DNA of 63,978 nucleotides, the filler included, from Globobulimina sp. (Eukaryota), in NCBI GenBank assembly GCA_003354225.1. It is 18 parts of 18 records of this genome, joined end to end, with 100 filler letters (N's around TTAATTAATTAA, not from the genome) between each part and the next. Parts side by side here need not be neighbours in the genome. Positions count along the whole stretch, not along the records: positions 10,690 to 14,151 come from PIVH01002733.1; positions 14,252 to 17,712 come from PIVH01002734.1; positions 17,813 to 21,273 come from PIVH01002735.1; positions 21,374 to 24,834 come from PIVH01002736.1; 14 more parts are not named here. One strand, given 5' to 3'. A program made the position numbers and the translations under genes. Below the pieces are notes generated by a model that was given only the letters and a program-made list of their open reading frames with translations, was not told the DNA's origin and made no database searches. Shown piece by piece: positions 11,645 to 24,934 of the stretch; the first letter of the stretch is position 1, and each line of letters opens with the position of its first letter.

Positions 11645-14151
11645 ATGAGCAAAGCCAACAAAGCGAACAAAGAGTCTCAGCAATCAAAAGTTGTTCAACT
11701 CCGACATGTATTTGGATTTCGATCAGATATTGCAACACCATTCCATTTTTTAGATGAGAATACTGCCGTTTTTATTGCAGGACACAACATTGTGATTCAT
11801 AATATTGAAGATAAGAGACAAACATTTATTTCAGCACAAAATAATTCATGCGATATAACCGCCATTGATGTGCATCCGGCAAAGAAATTAATAGCAATTG
11901 CAGAAAAAACTGAAAAATGTGCAACCATCCAAATATTTGAATTATTATCAGATAAAAAGAAACGATATCGGAGAAGAAGAATAATAAATTGTACAGATAT
12001 TGAAAGTTCTGAAATAATATCATTAAAATTTTCAAGTGATTCCAAATATTTATTAGCAATGGGCGGTGCACCAGATTGGTCAATAATAAATTATCAAAGA
12101 GAGAAAGGGAGAATCATTCACATTTTACGTAATCAAACAATATCAACAATGCCTTTTTATAGTGGCAGTCATTGCATCTCCGACCCAAATTTAATAGTTT
12201 GCACCGGACATAAAATTATCAAATTTTATAAATCGGAACAATCGGAATTAAAAACGGTAACAATAAATGTAGGCAAAAGAGAGTTAAATGATTATACAGC
12301 GCATTGTTGGGATTATGTTGTTGATAATCGATTATTAATTTGTACTGAAAATGGAGAAATATTAATATTTGATGGAGCAGAGTTCCGCGGTGTAATTGAT
12401 ACAGGCATTGGACTGGCAATTTTTAGTATAGTTATATATTCAAAAGGTTTTATTATTGGTTGTGAGAATGGCAAAATATTAGCATATGAGCGTAATAATA
12501 ATACAAACGATATTCGTGAAATGTATAGAAAAATAAATGAAATTAATATTGGTGATAACGAGAACGACAACGACAACGAGAATGGTAATGAATGTATCGG
12601 AATTACACATATTTGTATCCCCGCATCAGAAGAAGAATTAGCGTGTGTTATGTCAAATAATCAGATATATTCAATGAGTTTATCGCAAGTTGAACATAAT
12701 GTGAATGATAATGATAATAATAATTTTAACTTGTTATTAAACAGTTTATTCCATAGCAAAGGCATCAATGGTTTAGATATTTGCGTTTGTAAATCGTATT
12801 TAGTGACATGTGGCTATGATCGTAGTGTCAAAATATGGAACTACAATGATAAAAAAATGATTATTTCCCGTCGTTTCGCAGAATATCCTTTATGTGTCGC
12901 GATACATCCATCGGGATTACAACTTATTGTTGCTTTCTCAGACAAATTGCGTTTAATGAATATTTTAATGGATGATATTTCAACGTATAATTCCTTTTCA
13001 ATCAAAGGATGTACGCAAGTAAAATATTCGAATGGTGGACAATATTTCGCAGCAATTAATGCATCCACAGTACAAATATACGCAACGTATACATTCGATC
13101 AAATTGCAACATTACGTGGACATACATCGAAAGTAACATCCATTTGGTGGTACAAAGATGATTCTGTGTTGGTAACCACATCCAGTGATAATTCTGTATT
13201 AGTTTGGAATATCAGTAATAATTTTGATCGAACGCAAGAACATCAACACAAAGGATGTTCCTATAATTGCGCTGTTTTACATAACAAAAACAAAAACATA
13301 TTATATTGTACCGGCTCAGATAATACAATAAAAATAATATGCGATGGTAAAATACAAGCAATTTATGAGCATATTGGCAAAGATGTAAATGAAATAAATG
13401 TAAATGGCAAATATTTATTTGCCTGTACAAATTCAGGCAATTTGAAATTGTTTGAATTGTTAAATAATGGAAATGAAATAAATGTGAAAACCAAGCAAAT
13501 CAAATATAAAATACATAACCAATCAATAACACAGTTTAAAACATCGGTTGATAATAAAATTTTAATTACAGTGTCGAATGATGGCTGTATTTGTTTATTT
13601 GAGATTAATAATAATAATGATAACAATAATAACAACGACCATGAATTTGATTCATTTCAAACCAAAGAAATATTGGTTAATAAATCCGATTTAGAATTAA
13701 AGTTATTAGAAATTGAAACATTGTCAAGAAAAGTAAATGATTTACGATTACACAATGAATATGAGATAAAAATAAAAGAAATAAATTATAACGAAAAATT
13801 AAAAAAAGTGAATGATAAATTTTCAAAAGAGTTAAATTGTGATATAAGTAAATATAACGCATTACGAATAGAAAGAGATGAAATGCAACAAACCTATGAA
13901 GAAACATTATTATCATTATCCCAAAAACACACTGAGTCGTTACAAGAAATTGAAAATTATCATAAATTGAAAATTCGCTCAGAAAAAGAAAGATATAATA
14001 GTTTATTATTAAAATTAAATAATTTGGAGAAACAATGGAATATTTCCGAAATAAATAATGAAAAAAAAGAAAACTATGAATTAAATATTTTAAATCAACA
14101 ATATGGTGAAGAAATAAATGATATAAATGAGGAAATTATTGAAATAAATGA
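11645..14151 (+). CDS. CFAP57: Cilia- and flagella-associated protein 57 (WD40 + coiled coil), 3' partial
   Basis: N-terminus LRHVFGFRSDI...FLDENTAVFIAGHNIVIHNIEDKRQTFI. Also LLAMGGAPDW, HPSGLQLIVAFSDKLRLMNIL, FSIKGC and a C-terminal coiled coil. Confidence 0.9.
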
Positions 14152-14688
14152 NNNNNNNNNNNNNNNNNNNNNNNNNNNNNNNNNNNNNNNNNNNNTTAAT
14201 TAATTAANNNNNNNNNNNNNNNNNNNNNNNNNNNNNNNNNNNNNNNNNNNNTTATTACTTTTCATTTATTAATATAGGGGACCCATTACTATCCAAGACT
14301 AGAATATAGGTCGAAAATGATTCTGGAATAATAATTATGGGATCATATTTCTTCAGAATCATTCCAGGTAATTGAACCCGGAAAGATTTCTTTGTAAAAA
14401 GTTTCTGATTTTCTAAAAATACATTCTCTTCTGATTCAAAACCTGTAAAATTATAATATACAGATGAATCAAGAAAAAAGAAAAAATCTGGAAATTTAAT
14501 AACCTTTAAGCTAGGATAAGCAACATCGCCCTCTACAGATAAAAAGCTGATATCTCCGTTTGATCTCTGAACCTCAAAAGACAAGGAATCAGAACTTATC
14601 TTCAGAACCTTTATTGTAATGATTTCTTCATAATCAAAACTCTTAAAATCAATAAGAACTGATCGATAAAGAAAATATAGCACAATCA

Positions 14689-17600
14689 ATGCAAAAACTA
14701 GATACTGATAAAGTAAATGTAATTGTATCTGCATCTGATACTAAAACAAGCGTTGAGGATAAGAATAATAATCAAAAAAATCAACAAAAGCAAAAACAAA
14801 ATACCAAAGATAAAATAAATAGACGCAATACATACGAATCAAGAGTGTCAAGACCACAGTTTAAGGAAATAACGAGCGCTCGTTCAAAATTTGATATTAT
14901 GAAATTTGGATTTGGCAAAATTATAAAATCAGGGAAAAAAATGGTAGCAAAGAATTTTCGAGCCAAAAAACGTAGCGTATGGGAGAATGCAATTTATGAA
15001 GCGACCACAGTGTTTCATGAAAAGATATTTAAATCGGCCTCTTGCAATTTAAATCCAATAAAAAAACAATCAGAAAAAGCAAAATCGCAATGTCAACAAT
15101 CAGTTGTCGAGCTACATCATGCGAGGGCACAAATTGACAAAGCAAACAAAAAAATACAATCATTTTGTGATACTGGCTCTGATAAATATAAATTGGGATG
15201 GACGTTTGAGTTGTAATTCAAAGAAATGTTATAATTTGTCTCAGCCAAAACTTTCCATCTTTTTTAGTGAACTAGTCATCACTCACTTCAACAATCAACA
15301 TGGCATTTCAACAGGTTTTACACAAATACGTCATATTAATAACAATATTTACACAATTGTTTAATACGTATACAGAAAGTGCTGAAAGAATGTACCAAAA
15401 TATTACTGGAAATAGAGAATGAAAACAACGGAGACAGAAAGCTAGAACACGACGAGTTTGAGGACATACTACAACAAAGATACCTTCTCTATAAACAACG
15501 CAAACAGTATAACAACATGGAGGTATTAGCAATGCACGATTTTGTGGCATTATGCTGCATCACCGCCGAAAGAGAATCAAACAAACCATTCCTGTTCGAA
15601 AAAACAAAGCTATCCTTCACCATAATGTGCAGTGATTGCGATGCCAACCACCAACCAATTGTGAACCTACAACAATTTGAAAAATGGGCCACCAAATTAT
15701 ACCCATTAGCTACCAAACAAAACTACAAACGGATATTCCTGGCCTTAGCCAGTGACTCCAACAGCGACGATAAAGAAGAGCTATTTTTTGACGACGGAAC
15801 TGCTGCAGTACGGAAAGGCTCATTTGGTCGGTTACGGCAACGGGTGGCAGAGTATAAGCAAAATAATAAGAAAACCACATCAAGCTCGAGTTTAAAAGAA
15901 GCAAATACCTCCAAACATGACTTGATTGTGTACGGTGGAATTACAATGAATAGATTTTGTGGTTATGTGACCGAATTATTTAACAATTTTAATATTGAAC
16001 AGAATGAATGTCAAACAGTGAAGTTGTCATTGGAGCAAAATATATCTAAACATGAAAGGATATTATATCATATTCGCGGAGTGTCGGATATGACGGGTTT
16101 GCCACCGTATTATGGATTTGTTATATTGACTGATGCACATTTAATATTTCAAGGCACTGCGTTGACCACAAGGACCACTGCGATTAAATTGAATGACAGC
16201 AAATTAGCCATTGAACGAGCAAAAATTGGTGGCTTTTTAAAGCGGGATACTGCGTTGAGAGTATGTTGCGATTCTGGCACATTTACGTGGAATGTTGTCA
16301 ATATTAAGGTATGTTATGGCTGTATAATTATGATGGGATTTATTATTTATATGTATTTATTTAAAGAGTGTACGCCGAGATCAGTTATATTGGAGCATAT
16401 GGACTATGATCAGAGCGCATGAATTGGCTGAAAATGTAAGTGTAATTTTAGCAGAAAATAATCAAAGAAACCTTGAAAGTCAAAGTGGTATCACCAATGC
16501 AACCGTTTCGGATGAATTAATTATGAAAATTAAACGCAAAATAATCGTAGAAGCGGCAGATGATGTTCTACGACAAAATTCGTTGCAAAATTTATTAGAT
16601 CAACAAAATAAAAAAAATAAATTTGATGCAGTGCCGTTTGTGCGTTATTCAACGTTTTCGTTGAAGAAAGAATATGTTTTAAATATCTGCAGCGAATTAA
16701 GCGCTATTGAATATCAAGAAAATGGCTCCAAATCGGTAATATCGTCGATATTTACCACAATGTTTACTGAAGAGAAGGAAAATAAATATATTGACCCCGA
16801 CAATGAGATCAAATTACAAAATTACAAACAATTAAAAAATGATTTTGAACGGGAAAACAAAGCAAAAAAATTGGATGGAAAGAGAGAAGAATTTGAATTA
16901 GAAGAATTCTTTAAATATTTAAAAATATTACGCATAGAGCTGGAACCGTTAATATTTGTATATAGAATGTATAAATGCATTGTGGGCTGGAAAAGTAAAG
17001 GATTGTCGTTGTTAATCATGATTTGTTTACAGTTGATTGCTTATTTTGATTTTGTACATTATTTGCCAGCAATTATATTGATTTTGAATGGCGTTTTGTT
17101 GGTTTGTATGAAGAATGACATGGAATATACGCTACATTGCCTTGATTCGGCACTGATTTATTCCGGATTTGATCCACAGGAATTCGATCAGGAAAAGTTA
17201 GCAGCGGAGAACTATGCAAATCAGAAATATTCTATTAAAGATATTGAAAAAGTAAAGAAAAACAAATGGTCCATTATGCACAAATTAAAAGTGGCGCGAT
17301 ATAAATTTTATTATAATAGGTTTTCAATGGGATTTCATCAGAAAAAAATCAAAGTTTTAAGTATATTTTTAGGCAGATTTCGAACGATTTATAAATGGCA
17401 AAAAGTGGAGAAATCGCAATTGTTTTGTTTAATTTCGATATTTATTGGCGTTTTTTTAATGGTTACACCATTGAGATATGTATTTGCCATCGTTGTATTT
17501 GCATTGTTTTTTAAGCATTCACCATTTAAAAGACAGAGTAATGATTATGAAAAGAAAGGAATTATTGATACATATTTTGAGTCCATACCACCGGACATAC

Positions 17601-17689
17601 CACAGGTTGACAGTGAGAGTGATAATGAGGACAGTGATGATAGTGATTATTCTGCACAAAAAAGTTCTGATACTGAGGGCAACGAGTAA
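14689..17689 (+). CDS. Multi-exon protein with EF-hand-like, GRAM/PH-like and C-terminal PRT_C/Pex24-like membrane hairpin regions
   Basis: Three collinear ORFs. An intron at 16309-16366 joins VVNIK to SVRRDQLYWSIWTMIR. YGFVILTDAHLIFQG is GRAM-like. Two TM blocks include FRTIYKWQ...LMVTPLRYVF. Confidence 0.55.
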
Positions 17690-17812
17690 TATATTTATTT
17701 TTCGTAACATTGNNNNNNNNNNNNNNNNNNNNNNNNNNNNNNNNNNNNNNNNNNNNTTAATTAATTAANNNNNNNNNNNNNNNNNNNNNNNNNNNNNNNN
17801 NNNNNNNNNNNN

Positions 17813-19381
17813 ATTCACAAAGACCGGACCGTGGCTATCCGCTTTGCCCAATGCAATGACTACACCTCGGCTCGAAGCAAAATTATATGCAATGGTCGGT
17901 ATGGTTGTAGTCGACGTTGGACACAAAAAAAATGCTTGAAACTGTGTGAATTTTAATTGACAATTAATACCATGATAAAACAAAGCAGCATTATCTGTTA
18001 ACCGCTCACTGAAAAACGTTAAACATTGATCCAACAACGAAGCCCAGTTTGCAATCTCGCGGTGTCGCAGTGTTACCTCTCTTCGATGCTCAGTGGCGTA
18101 TATTTTACGATATGTTTTCTTAAAATTCCTTTGCAAACTATCCCAATTGGTATAGCTCATTAATACTACGACGTGTTGACAGCGCGCGGGTGAATCAGCT
18201 GCAATGTTATACTTTTCATTCCAAGTGCCCATACTCTTCGCAATCATACTTTTCTTTGCATTCCACGACCATATAAACTGCGTAGCTTTGTTGACCAATG
18301 ATTCATAGTCAAATAAAGCTAATGGACAGATGCTGTTATTTAATAATTCCTCTTTTAAATCTGCGTATTTCGCGGCACAAAAATAACTCGATTTGGCCGA
18401 TTTCTCCGTGTATTTAAAGGCAATTCCAAAGCCATATTCACCGGCATGTTTCCCTACACTTTTTTCGTCATTTTCTTCATTTAAAATTGCCGATTTCTCC
18501 TCAAAATGAGTGACAAATTTATCAGACAATGACATTTCAGTAAAATCATAATGTATCAATGAAGAATGGATGGTATCTAATAGATTTTGGACATTTATTT
18601 CTTGGATTTCTGCTGGATCTGCTTCCGTACGACGGTCACGGATAAAATATAGATTTCTTCTATAGGTCGAATCTCTGCATTTTTGTCTATCTCTGGTGTT
18701 TCTGGAAAATGACCGACAATTTCTATCATGGCATTTATTTGCTTTTGATACTTGTTTCTTAAAATACGCATAAATATCATCGGTGTTTATATCACGTTGT
18801 TTGATATTTATATGGAAATTCTTTAAATGATGGAAATCGTTTAATAATTGTTTGTATGAATAGCCTTTTAATGAGGATAATAAATCTGTAATGGATACAA
18901 ATTCTGGTTTGTCGTCAGTTTGCTGGCATTGTTGTGTCTCAATCCATATTTTATAAATATTTAATATAAAACAAAGTCTTTGTGTTTGTGGACATTCTTT
19001 GAGAAACCACGCATCGCATTCTTGTGACGATTCTATTTCCATTGTCATGGCTGGATCGATATTGGCATCATTAAAATCAATGTTATTTGCATTTGAAATT
19101 AGCTCTTCCCACAGCCTTACCACTAATGATCTATTTATATTCAATATATTGCCATCACTAAACAATGATGTTGGGATATCTGTGTTGGAGGCATTATCAT
19201 TATGTGATTTCATGCAATTTGATAAATAGATTTCATCGATTTCTATAATTTTTGGCGCCTGATTTGATCCTGATGTTGGTTCAAGCTTTATGGTAAATGT
19301 GTTGTTTTTGCGATCCACTGCCAAGATCTCTGCAGTTAATGTAATTTTATCACTTTTGGTGAAGTTATTTGAATTTGCCAT
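17813..19381 (-). CDS. ADP-ribosyltransferase-fold family protein, paralogue 1 (3' partial)
   Basis: YGFGIAFKY...KYADLKEELLNN...LMSYTN...RHREIANWASLL...FYHG...PTSTT...GVVIAL, blocks shared with 32055-33990 and 42977-45927. Confidence 0.6.
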
Positions 19382-19422
19382 TCACCCCAATTTTATAAAG
19401 ATTTTCAAGTCAAATAAGATAT

Positions 19423-21273
19423 TCACAACACTTGAACAAGAGGAACATTACAAATGGAACAAATAAATGGTTTACAATGATTGAAAGATTGGATCATAAT
19501 ATCCTGCGTATTGGTCATTAGTTTTTGTGTAATTTGTTGCGTAATACCACCATCACAACAAGCACAATACAATTGATTATAATCGGAAATAATTTTAAAT
19601 GACACACAACATCGTGCGACCAAATGTCGATCACTGTCACCGTCACTGCCACATGGCCCATTATGCATGATCACCGATGTTAATTTATTGCATATTGGAC
19701 AATGTTCAATCTTTTCAAAATTCATTGTAAATGAATCATGTTCATCATCGTCATCATCTTCCTCGTCATCATCTGTTCCATACAGACACTTACGAACTTG
19801 ATGACATTTTTCATAACAATTGATATCATTTATTATTTTAAACACTTTCTCCAATTTAATCAGCAATTCATTTGATAAATAACTAAATATCACAGTCAAA
19901 TGTTGCTTATTTTTATTGCTTAGATAGGTAAATAATGTCCACACAAACATTAAATATATTGACAAATACTTCTCTTCTGCCGTTTCTTCAACATCCTCAT
20001 CAATATCATCGTCATTGTCATTGTTATTATGTTTCATATCAATATCATCATTATTGTCATTTGAAATGTTTATAAATTGCCTCAATGTCTTGTAACAGTG
20101 CAATTGTATCAGCACCTCCATAATGCTGCAAATACGAGCATAGTACCATTTTGATTGTGCCTCATTTTGCATTCCATCAAAAGGCTGCATCCTTGATACA
20201 AAATATCGGATCATCATTAAGCAATATCTCAATGAATCCTGACATTTTAATATTGTATCAATATCCAATTGCAATACATCGTCATCCTCATCAGCCTCTT
20301 CATCATCACTCTGAGTCTGAAACCAATGCGCAAACGTTTTTTCATAATATTTAATAAATTGATCCACAATCTGATGATGAAAGGGCTGGAAATAATCCAT
20401 AACAATAGCAATTGAGGTCGGATACAAATATTTCGCATATTTATTATGTGTTTGTCCATTATCAAATATAACCTCATAAACGGTTTTATAATCTACAGAT
20501 ATCGGATAAACATGCAATGTTTGCCTACCTTGTGCTGATTTTGTGTTTGTGGGATGCAATAAAGCCAACAACAAACCATTTGGATCTTGCGCAATACCAA
20601 AACTTGGAACTTGTTTGCGACAAATATCAATTATTAACTTATCATAAATATCATCATTATCATTAAATATTGGACTGCAAACAGGTACATTCCACGCATG
20701 GATGCTGCCATCATATGACGCTGAAATGATTACTAATTTATTTGCAAGATTTACAAACTGCATGCCAACAATTCCCATTTTCGGGTAGTATGATAATGTT
20801 TTGTCATCCATCCACTTTGAGGATGAATATTGTTTAAAGCTTGGGCGTTTATGAGGTATTCGAATGTCTATAATGTGTATTAATCGCTGTTTACATATCG
20901 CCAGAAAGAAATTAGTTTTATTATTGAATGATTTGTACCAATCTAAGCATGCAATGCTTCCATTCGGTTCAAACTCGATTTGTTTGATACATTCAAATAC
21001 GGCAAAATTATCATCATTGTCAACGTTTTTCCATATTTGACATAATCCATTTTCTAATGCAATGGCCAGGAAAATATTGTCTTTAAATTCGATACTTTCC
21101 ATTTGAGTGATTACTGTTTTCTTTCTTTTGTTTCTGTGCTGTTTGTGCCGATTTACTCCATCAAAACAATGGAATGCATTTAAAATATCAATATCAAACC
21201 CACCGCGCCTGTTATTTTTATTATTTTTATTTTTGTTATTTGTGTTTGTTTTTGTATCATGTAAACTTGGATG
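19423..21273 (-). CDS. Probable TFIIIC subunit 4 (GTF3C4/Tfc8)-like: WD40 repeats + C-terminal Zn finger, 5' partial
   Basis: WD-like blocks (SASYDGSIHAW). C-terminal EHCPIC...C...H..ARCCVSF...YCACC...CSICNVPL resembles zf-TFIIIC. The ORF is open to the contig end. Confidence 0.55.
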   Translation of the reverse strand, partial: HPSLHDTKTNTNNKNKNNKNNRRGGFDIDILNAFHCFDGVNRHKQHRNKRKKTVITQMESIEFKDNIFLAIALENGLCQIWKNVDNDDNFAVFECIKQIEFEPNGSIACLDWYKSFNNKTNFFLAICKQRLIHIIDIRIPHKRPSFKQYSSSKWMDDKTLSYYPKMGIVGMQFVNLANKLVIISASYDGSIHAWNVPVCSPIFNDNDDIYDKLIIDICRKQVPSFGIAQDPNGLLLALLHPTNTKSAQGRQTLHVYPISVDYKTVYEVIFDNGQTHNKYAKYLYPTSIAIVMDYFQPFHHQIVDQFIKYYEKTFAHWFQTQSDDEEADEDDDVLQLDIDTILKCQDSLRYCLMMIRYFVSRMQPFDGMQNEAQSKWYYARICSIMEVLIQLHCYKTLRQFINISNDNNDDIDMKHNNNDNDDDIDEDVEETAEEKYLSIYLMFVWTLFTYLSNKNKQHLTVIFSYLSNELLIKLEKVFKIINDINCYEKCHQVRKCLYGTDDDEEDDDDDEHDSFTMNFEKIEHCPICNKLTSVIMHNGPCGSDGDSDRHLVARCCVSFKIISDYNQLYCACCDGGITQQITQKLMTNTQDIMIQSFNHCKPFICSICNVPLVQVL

Positions 21274-22814
21274 NNNNNNNNNNNNNNNNNNNNNNNNNNN
21301 NNNNNNNNNNNNNNNNNTTAATTAATTAANNNNNNNNNNNNNNNNNNNNNNNNNNNNNNNNNNNNNNNNNNNNTGCAATTTGTTCATTTTAGATTCACTT
21401 TTGGTGAAAAATTGTAATTGTTTAAGTGGTTCTTTATCTGGATCATTATTTTTAAAAACTAGTGGTCTGAATCTTAATTTTATATTTTTGTCAAATTTAT
21501 TTTTTATGTAATTTTTGACTTGCGGGTATCTATGGGCTGGTAAATCAAAACTAATCCATTGCAAAGATGCATGTATGGAAATCTTGACTGGTTTGTAGTA
21601 AGCCCTGATTTGATGTTGTTTTTTCGTTATAAATGTGATTAATTTATTTGTGTCTCTGGTATATTTTGTGGAAACCATAAAATTACAAGAACTGTTAGAA
21701 GTGAACACGGCGACCAATATTATTAAATGCATGGAATTTCAAAAAACTTTGGGTTATGGTGATTTTCAGTGTTTGACTAACTTTGTTTTTTTTATTGTTA
21801 TTTTTGGTGCAAGGATATTTTTGGTGCAAGGAATTATATGAGTTTAAATCAAAGCAATCTGAAACAGTGCAAGGATTCAAAACAACATAAATTTCTAAAA
21901 CAACATAAATTTTATTTTTTATTATATTTCCTAATTCAAGATTCTCAGTTTGTGTCATTGTGCTTTGTGAGGAGTGAGGTTTTGGGGTATTTAGTATTTT
22001 CAAGTTTGTACAGTTACTAACTTTAGAGTACTGAAATAAAAACAATTTGTTTCTGACTTTTTTATGTAGTTTTATTTGAGTGCAAGGAGAACTAATTTGA
22101 GTGCAAGGAATATTAATAAAATTACGAGGTGTATTATTTGTTTGTGTAAAATTCAAGTTTTTGTATTTATTTTTGTTTTCTAATTCAAGATTAGCGGTAT
22201 TTTTCAACCGAACCATTTTTGGGTATTTTTCTCGGTGTGGCGCACCTTTTTGGGTTTTTGACGGATTCCATCCGGAACACTTTACGTGAATCAATCGGCA
22301 CATTTTTTGTAAGAGTGGCGCTCTTAGACATAAACCTAACAACTTTCATATATGCAATAAACGTTACAATTGCATTATTTTGAATCCATTCCAATGAAAC
22401 GAATCCAATAAACAATAATATAACATTTATTATTACGTATTTTGATTCAAACAATGTATTTTTGTCCGAATCAGTTAAATGTTGTGAATTCCATATCCAA
22501 TTCACAGATGAATCAGTTATCCATTTACTGCACATTGTGTTGAAAAACACATTCCAATGGAAACCAATAAATCCAATTGGTATGAATTCATTTACTGAAA
22601 AATATTCCATGACGCGAATAACATTTATTTTGATAAAATCCATCTTTTAATGACTGTAGTTTAGTAGTAATGACTACTGTGTGCAATAATATTTTTGCAG
22701 CACTTCAGCCATTGTTAATTATGTAAAAACGAAAGAAGTAAAAGTTTTTTTTATAAATGCTACTGTGCAGTTTTGAACTAAAAACTTGTAAAAGTCAGAC
22801 TACTCGCAATTGTC

Positions 22815-23581
22815 ATGTCCAACTTTGCAGATACAGTGCAATTGTATTCCTTTTTTGCATCGTCGTGTTCCTTCCGCGTGCGAATTGCATTGAATTTAAA
22901 AGATATCAAATATGAATACATTGCAGTGAATTTGCAAAAAAATGAGCAGTTTGCAAATAAATACAGTGAGTTTCTGAATTCAATGAATCAAGTTCCAACA
23001 TTGATTATTGATAATATCATATTGACGCAATCGATACCGATTATTGAATACTTAGAAGAACGGGATAAAGCCCACGGTGTAAGGTATCGCTTTATTGGAC
23101 GGATTTGAATGTATAGAAAATAGCATTTGTAAAAAGGTTGCTGCCAAATGGAATAAATCAACGTTTAAAAGTTCGCCAGATTTGCGAGGTGATTAATTCA
23201 GGAATTCAGCCATTGCAAAACTTAAAAGTTCGAAAAAGAATAATTGCACTAAGACAGGAATATGAAGGGGCGAAATTGGAAGAAAATGGAGAATTACAAT
23301 CCAAATATGTTGAGAAATGGTGTCGGAAAGTCATCGAACTCGGTTTCGAAGGCTTAGAGAAAATATTTGTTGAATGTTCAGGAATATTTTGTGTTGGGAA
23401 TGCTGTGTCGATGGCAGACTGCTGTTTAATACCTCAGGTATTCAATGCATTGCGATTTAATGTAAATATTAAAAACTATGAAAATATCAATCGAATATAT
23501 ATAAATTGTATGCACACCAAAGCATTTATCGATGCACAGCCAAACATGCAACCGGATGCTCCAAACACCAGCAAATTGTAA
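22815..23581 (+). CDS. GSTZ1: Glutathione S-transferase zeta / maleylacetoacetate isomerase
   Basis: Motifs [51 protein letters not shown] and QPDAP. 53-nt intron at 23084-23136. Confidence 0.93.
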
Positions 23582-23610
23582 CTTTGTTTTTTTTTACATG
23601 ATTTAAGTAA

Positions 23611-23756
23611 ATCTTTTCGTCCAAATCTAATGAATAAATCCGACACAAGCGATAACACCGTAGTGACCCTGCTAAATACGGGAATATGTTCACAGGAACA
23701 CACCTGAACAGATTCCCGTATTTAAGTTGGATTTAGATTCATTTAATCGAGGAGAT
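23611..23756 (+). repeat. Long imperfect nested inverted repeat (rod-like hairpin) between convergent genes
   Basis: Helices 23611-23619/23748-23756, 23635-23644/23726-23735 and 23673-23692/23705-23724 (19 of 20 paired). Confidence 0.75.
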
Positions 23757-23814
23757 GTTTATAAAGTTATATTATATTAACAATTGATACATATATTATA
23801 TATATAAACCTCAA

Positions 23815-24834
23815 TCAATCCTCAAACTTATCGTTATGTGTATGCAATTTACTGCGTATTCGTTTTATATTTTGAATGTAATCGTGATATAATGCATGCT
23901 GCTTCTTTTGCGTTTGAATATTAACATTGTTTGAAACATTGGGTATAAAATAATGAATGAGCATACAAATAAACGCAATGATATGTTCCAAACCAAACAT
24001 AATCAGTACGACATATCTGCCATGCCCAGTTTTTATGTCTTCCGATTGCGGCATATCGTCAATATCCATATTAAATAAATTGGGAAACCATTCTTCCATT
24101 TGTTCCGAACTGAATGCAAATATATAACAATTTGTTAAGATGCTGAACCAAGCCATAAACTGCAATATTTGAATCCAGGTTGAATGGATATTATAAGCTC
24201 TCTCCACAATGGGTCTCTGCGACAAAAAGCATAATTTGAATGAATCACTCCACACTTCGAAAATATTGCTGATTAACGACAAAAAAGCTGCCAACGGATA
24301 ACAAGAAGCAAACAAAGTGATATATCCAAATTGCGTTATCATTTCTAAATAGTCGTCAAATAACATATATTTATCCAATGAGGACTCGATTAAAACAGTA
24401 TGTCCTTCCGTGCATTGCGCATTTTTGTTAGAATTAATTTGCTTCAATTCCCATAAATGTATTATTAGCGGCAACAACGACTCGGTGCAGATTCTTCGTA
24501 TTTCATCGCACAAAAATAAACTGAACAATTCTTGCGTCAATATTTCCATTCTCATCTCATAAAAACAAATATAAAATAAAGGTAAGAAAGCATCTAGAAA
24601 TTCAAACAGAAAACGTTTTAATATTAAAGAATTTTCAAAGTCACTCTCAAATTTCCAATTTTCCCATTCAGTCAATTTCTGAGCCACTTTGGAATATTGC
24701 ACGTTTAAGAAAAAAACGAAGCAGCAATGGATTAAAGTGGGCACAATCCACATAACTGTCGAGTTGGCATCAAATAACGCATTGGGTTTACTTAAAGAGT
24801 CGAAATATTCAATATAAATAATTGAGCTTTTACT
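23815..24834 (-). CDS. Anoctamin/TMEM16 (ANO8/10-like), 5' partial
   Basis: Motifs KLTEWENWKFESDFENSLILKRFLFEF, FDDYLEMITQFGYITLFASCYPLAA, EVWSDSFKL...QRP and EHII. Confidence 0.92.
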   Translation of the reverse strand, partial: SKSSIIYIEYFDSLSKPNALFDANSTVMWIVPTLIHCCFVFFLNVQYSKVAQKLTEWENWKFESDFENSLILKRFLFEFLDAFLPLFYICFYEMRMEILTQELFSLFLCDEIRRICTESLLPLIIHLWELKQINSNKNAQCTEGHTVLIESSLDKYMLFDDYLEMITQFGYITLFASCYPLAAFLSLISNIFEVWSDSFKLCFLSQRPIVERAYNIHSTWIQILQFMAWFSILTNCYIFAFSSEQMEEWFPNLFNMDIDDMPQSEDIKTGHGRYVVLIMFGLEHIIAFICMLIHYFIPNVSNNVNIQTQKKQHALYHDYIQNIKRIRSKLHTHNDKFED

Positions 24835-24934
24835 NNNNNNNNNNNNNNNNNNNNNNNNNNNNNNNNNNNNNNNNNNNNTTAATTAATTAANNNNNNNNNN
24901 NNNNNNNNNNNNNNNNNNNNNNNNNNNNNNNNNN

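Noticed and set aside
21374-22650. Chain of overlapping minus-strand ORFs with short local duplications
   Set aside because: No recognisable domain or consistent splice model. It may be a decayed gene or TE, but I cannot support a call.
23630-23740. ATGA...GA around a helix downstream of GST-zeta as a SECIS
   Set aside because: The core is out of register by one base, the span is about 100 nt, and GSTZ has TGT (Cys) with no in-frame UGA.
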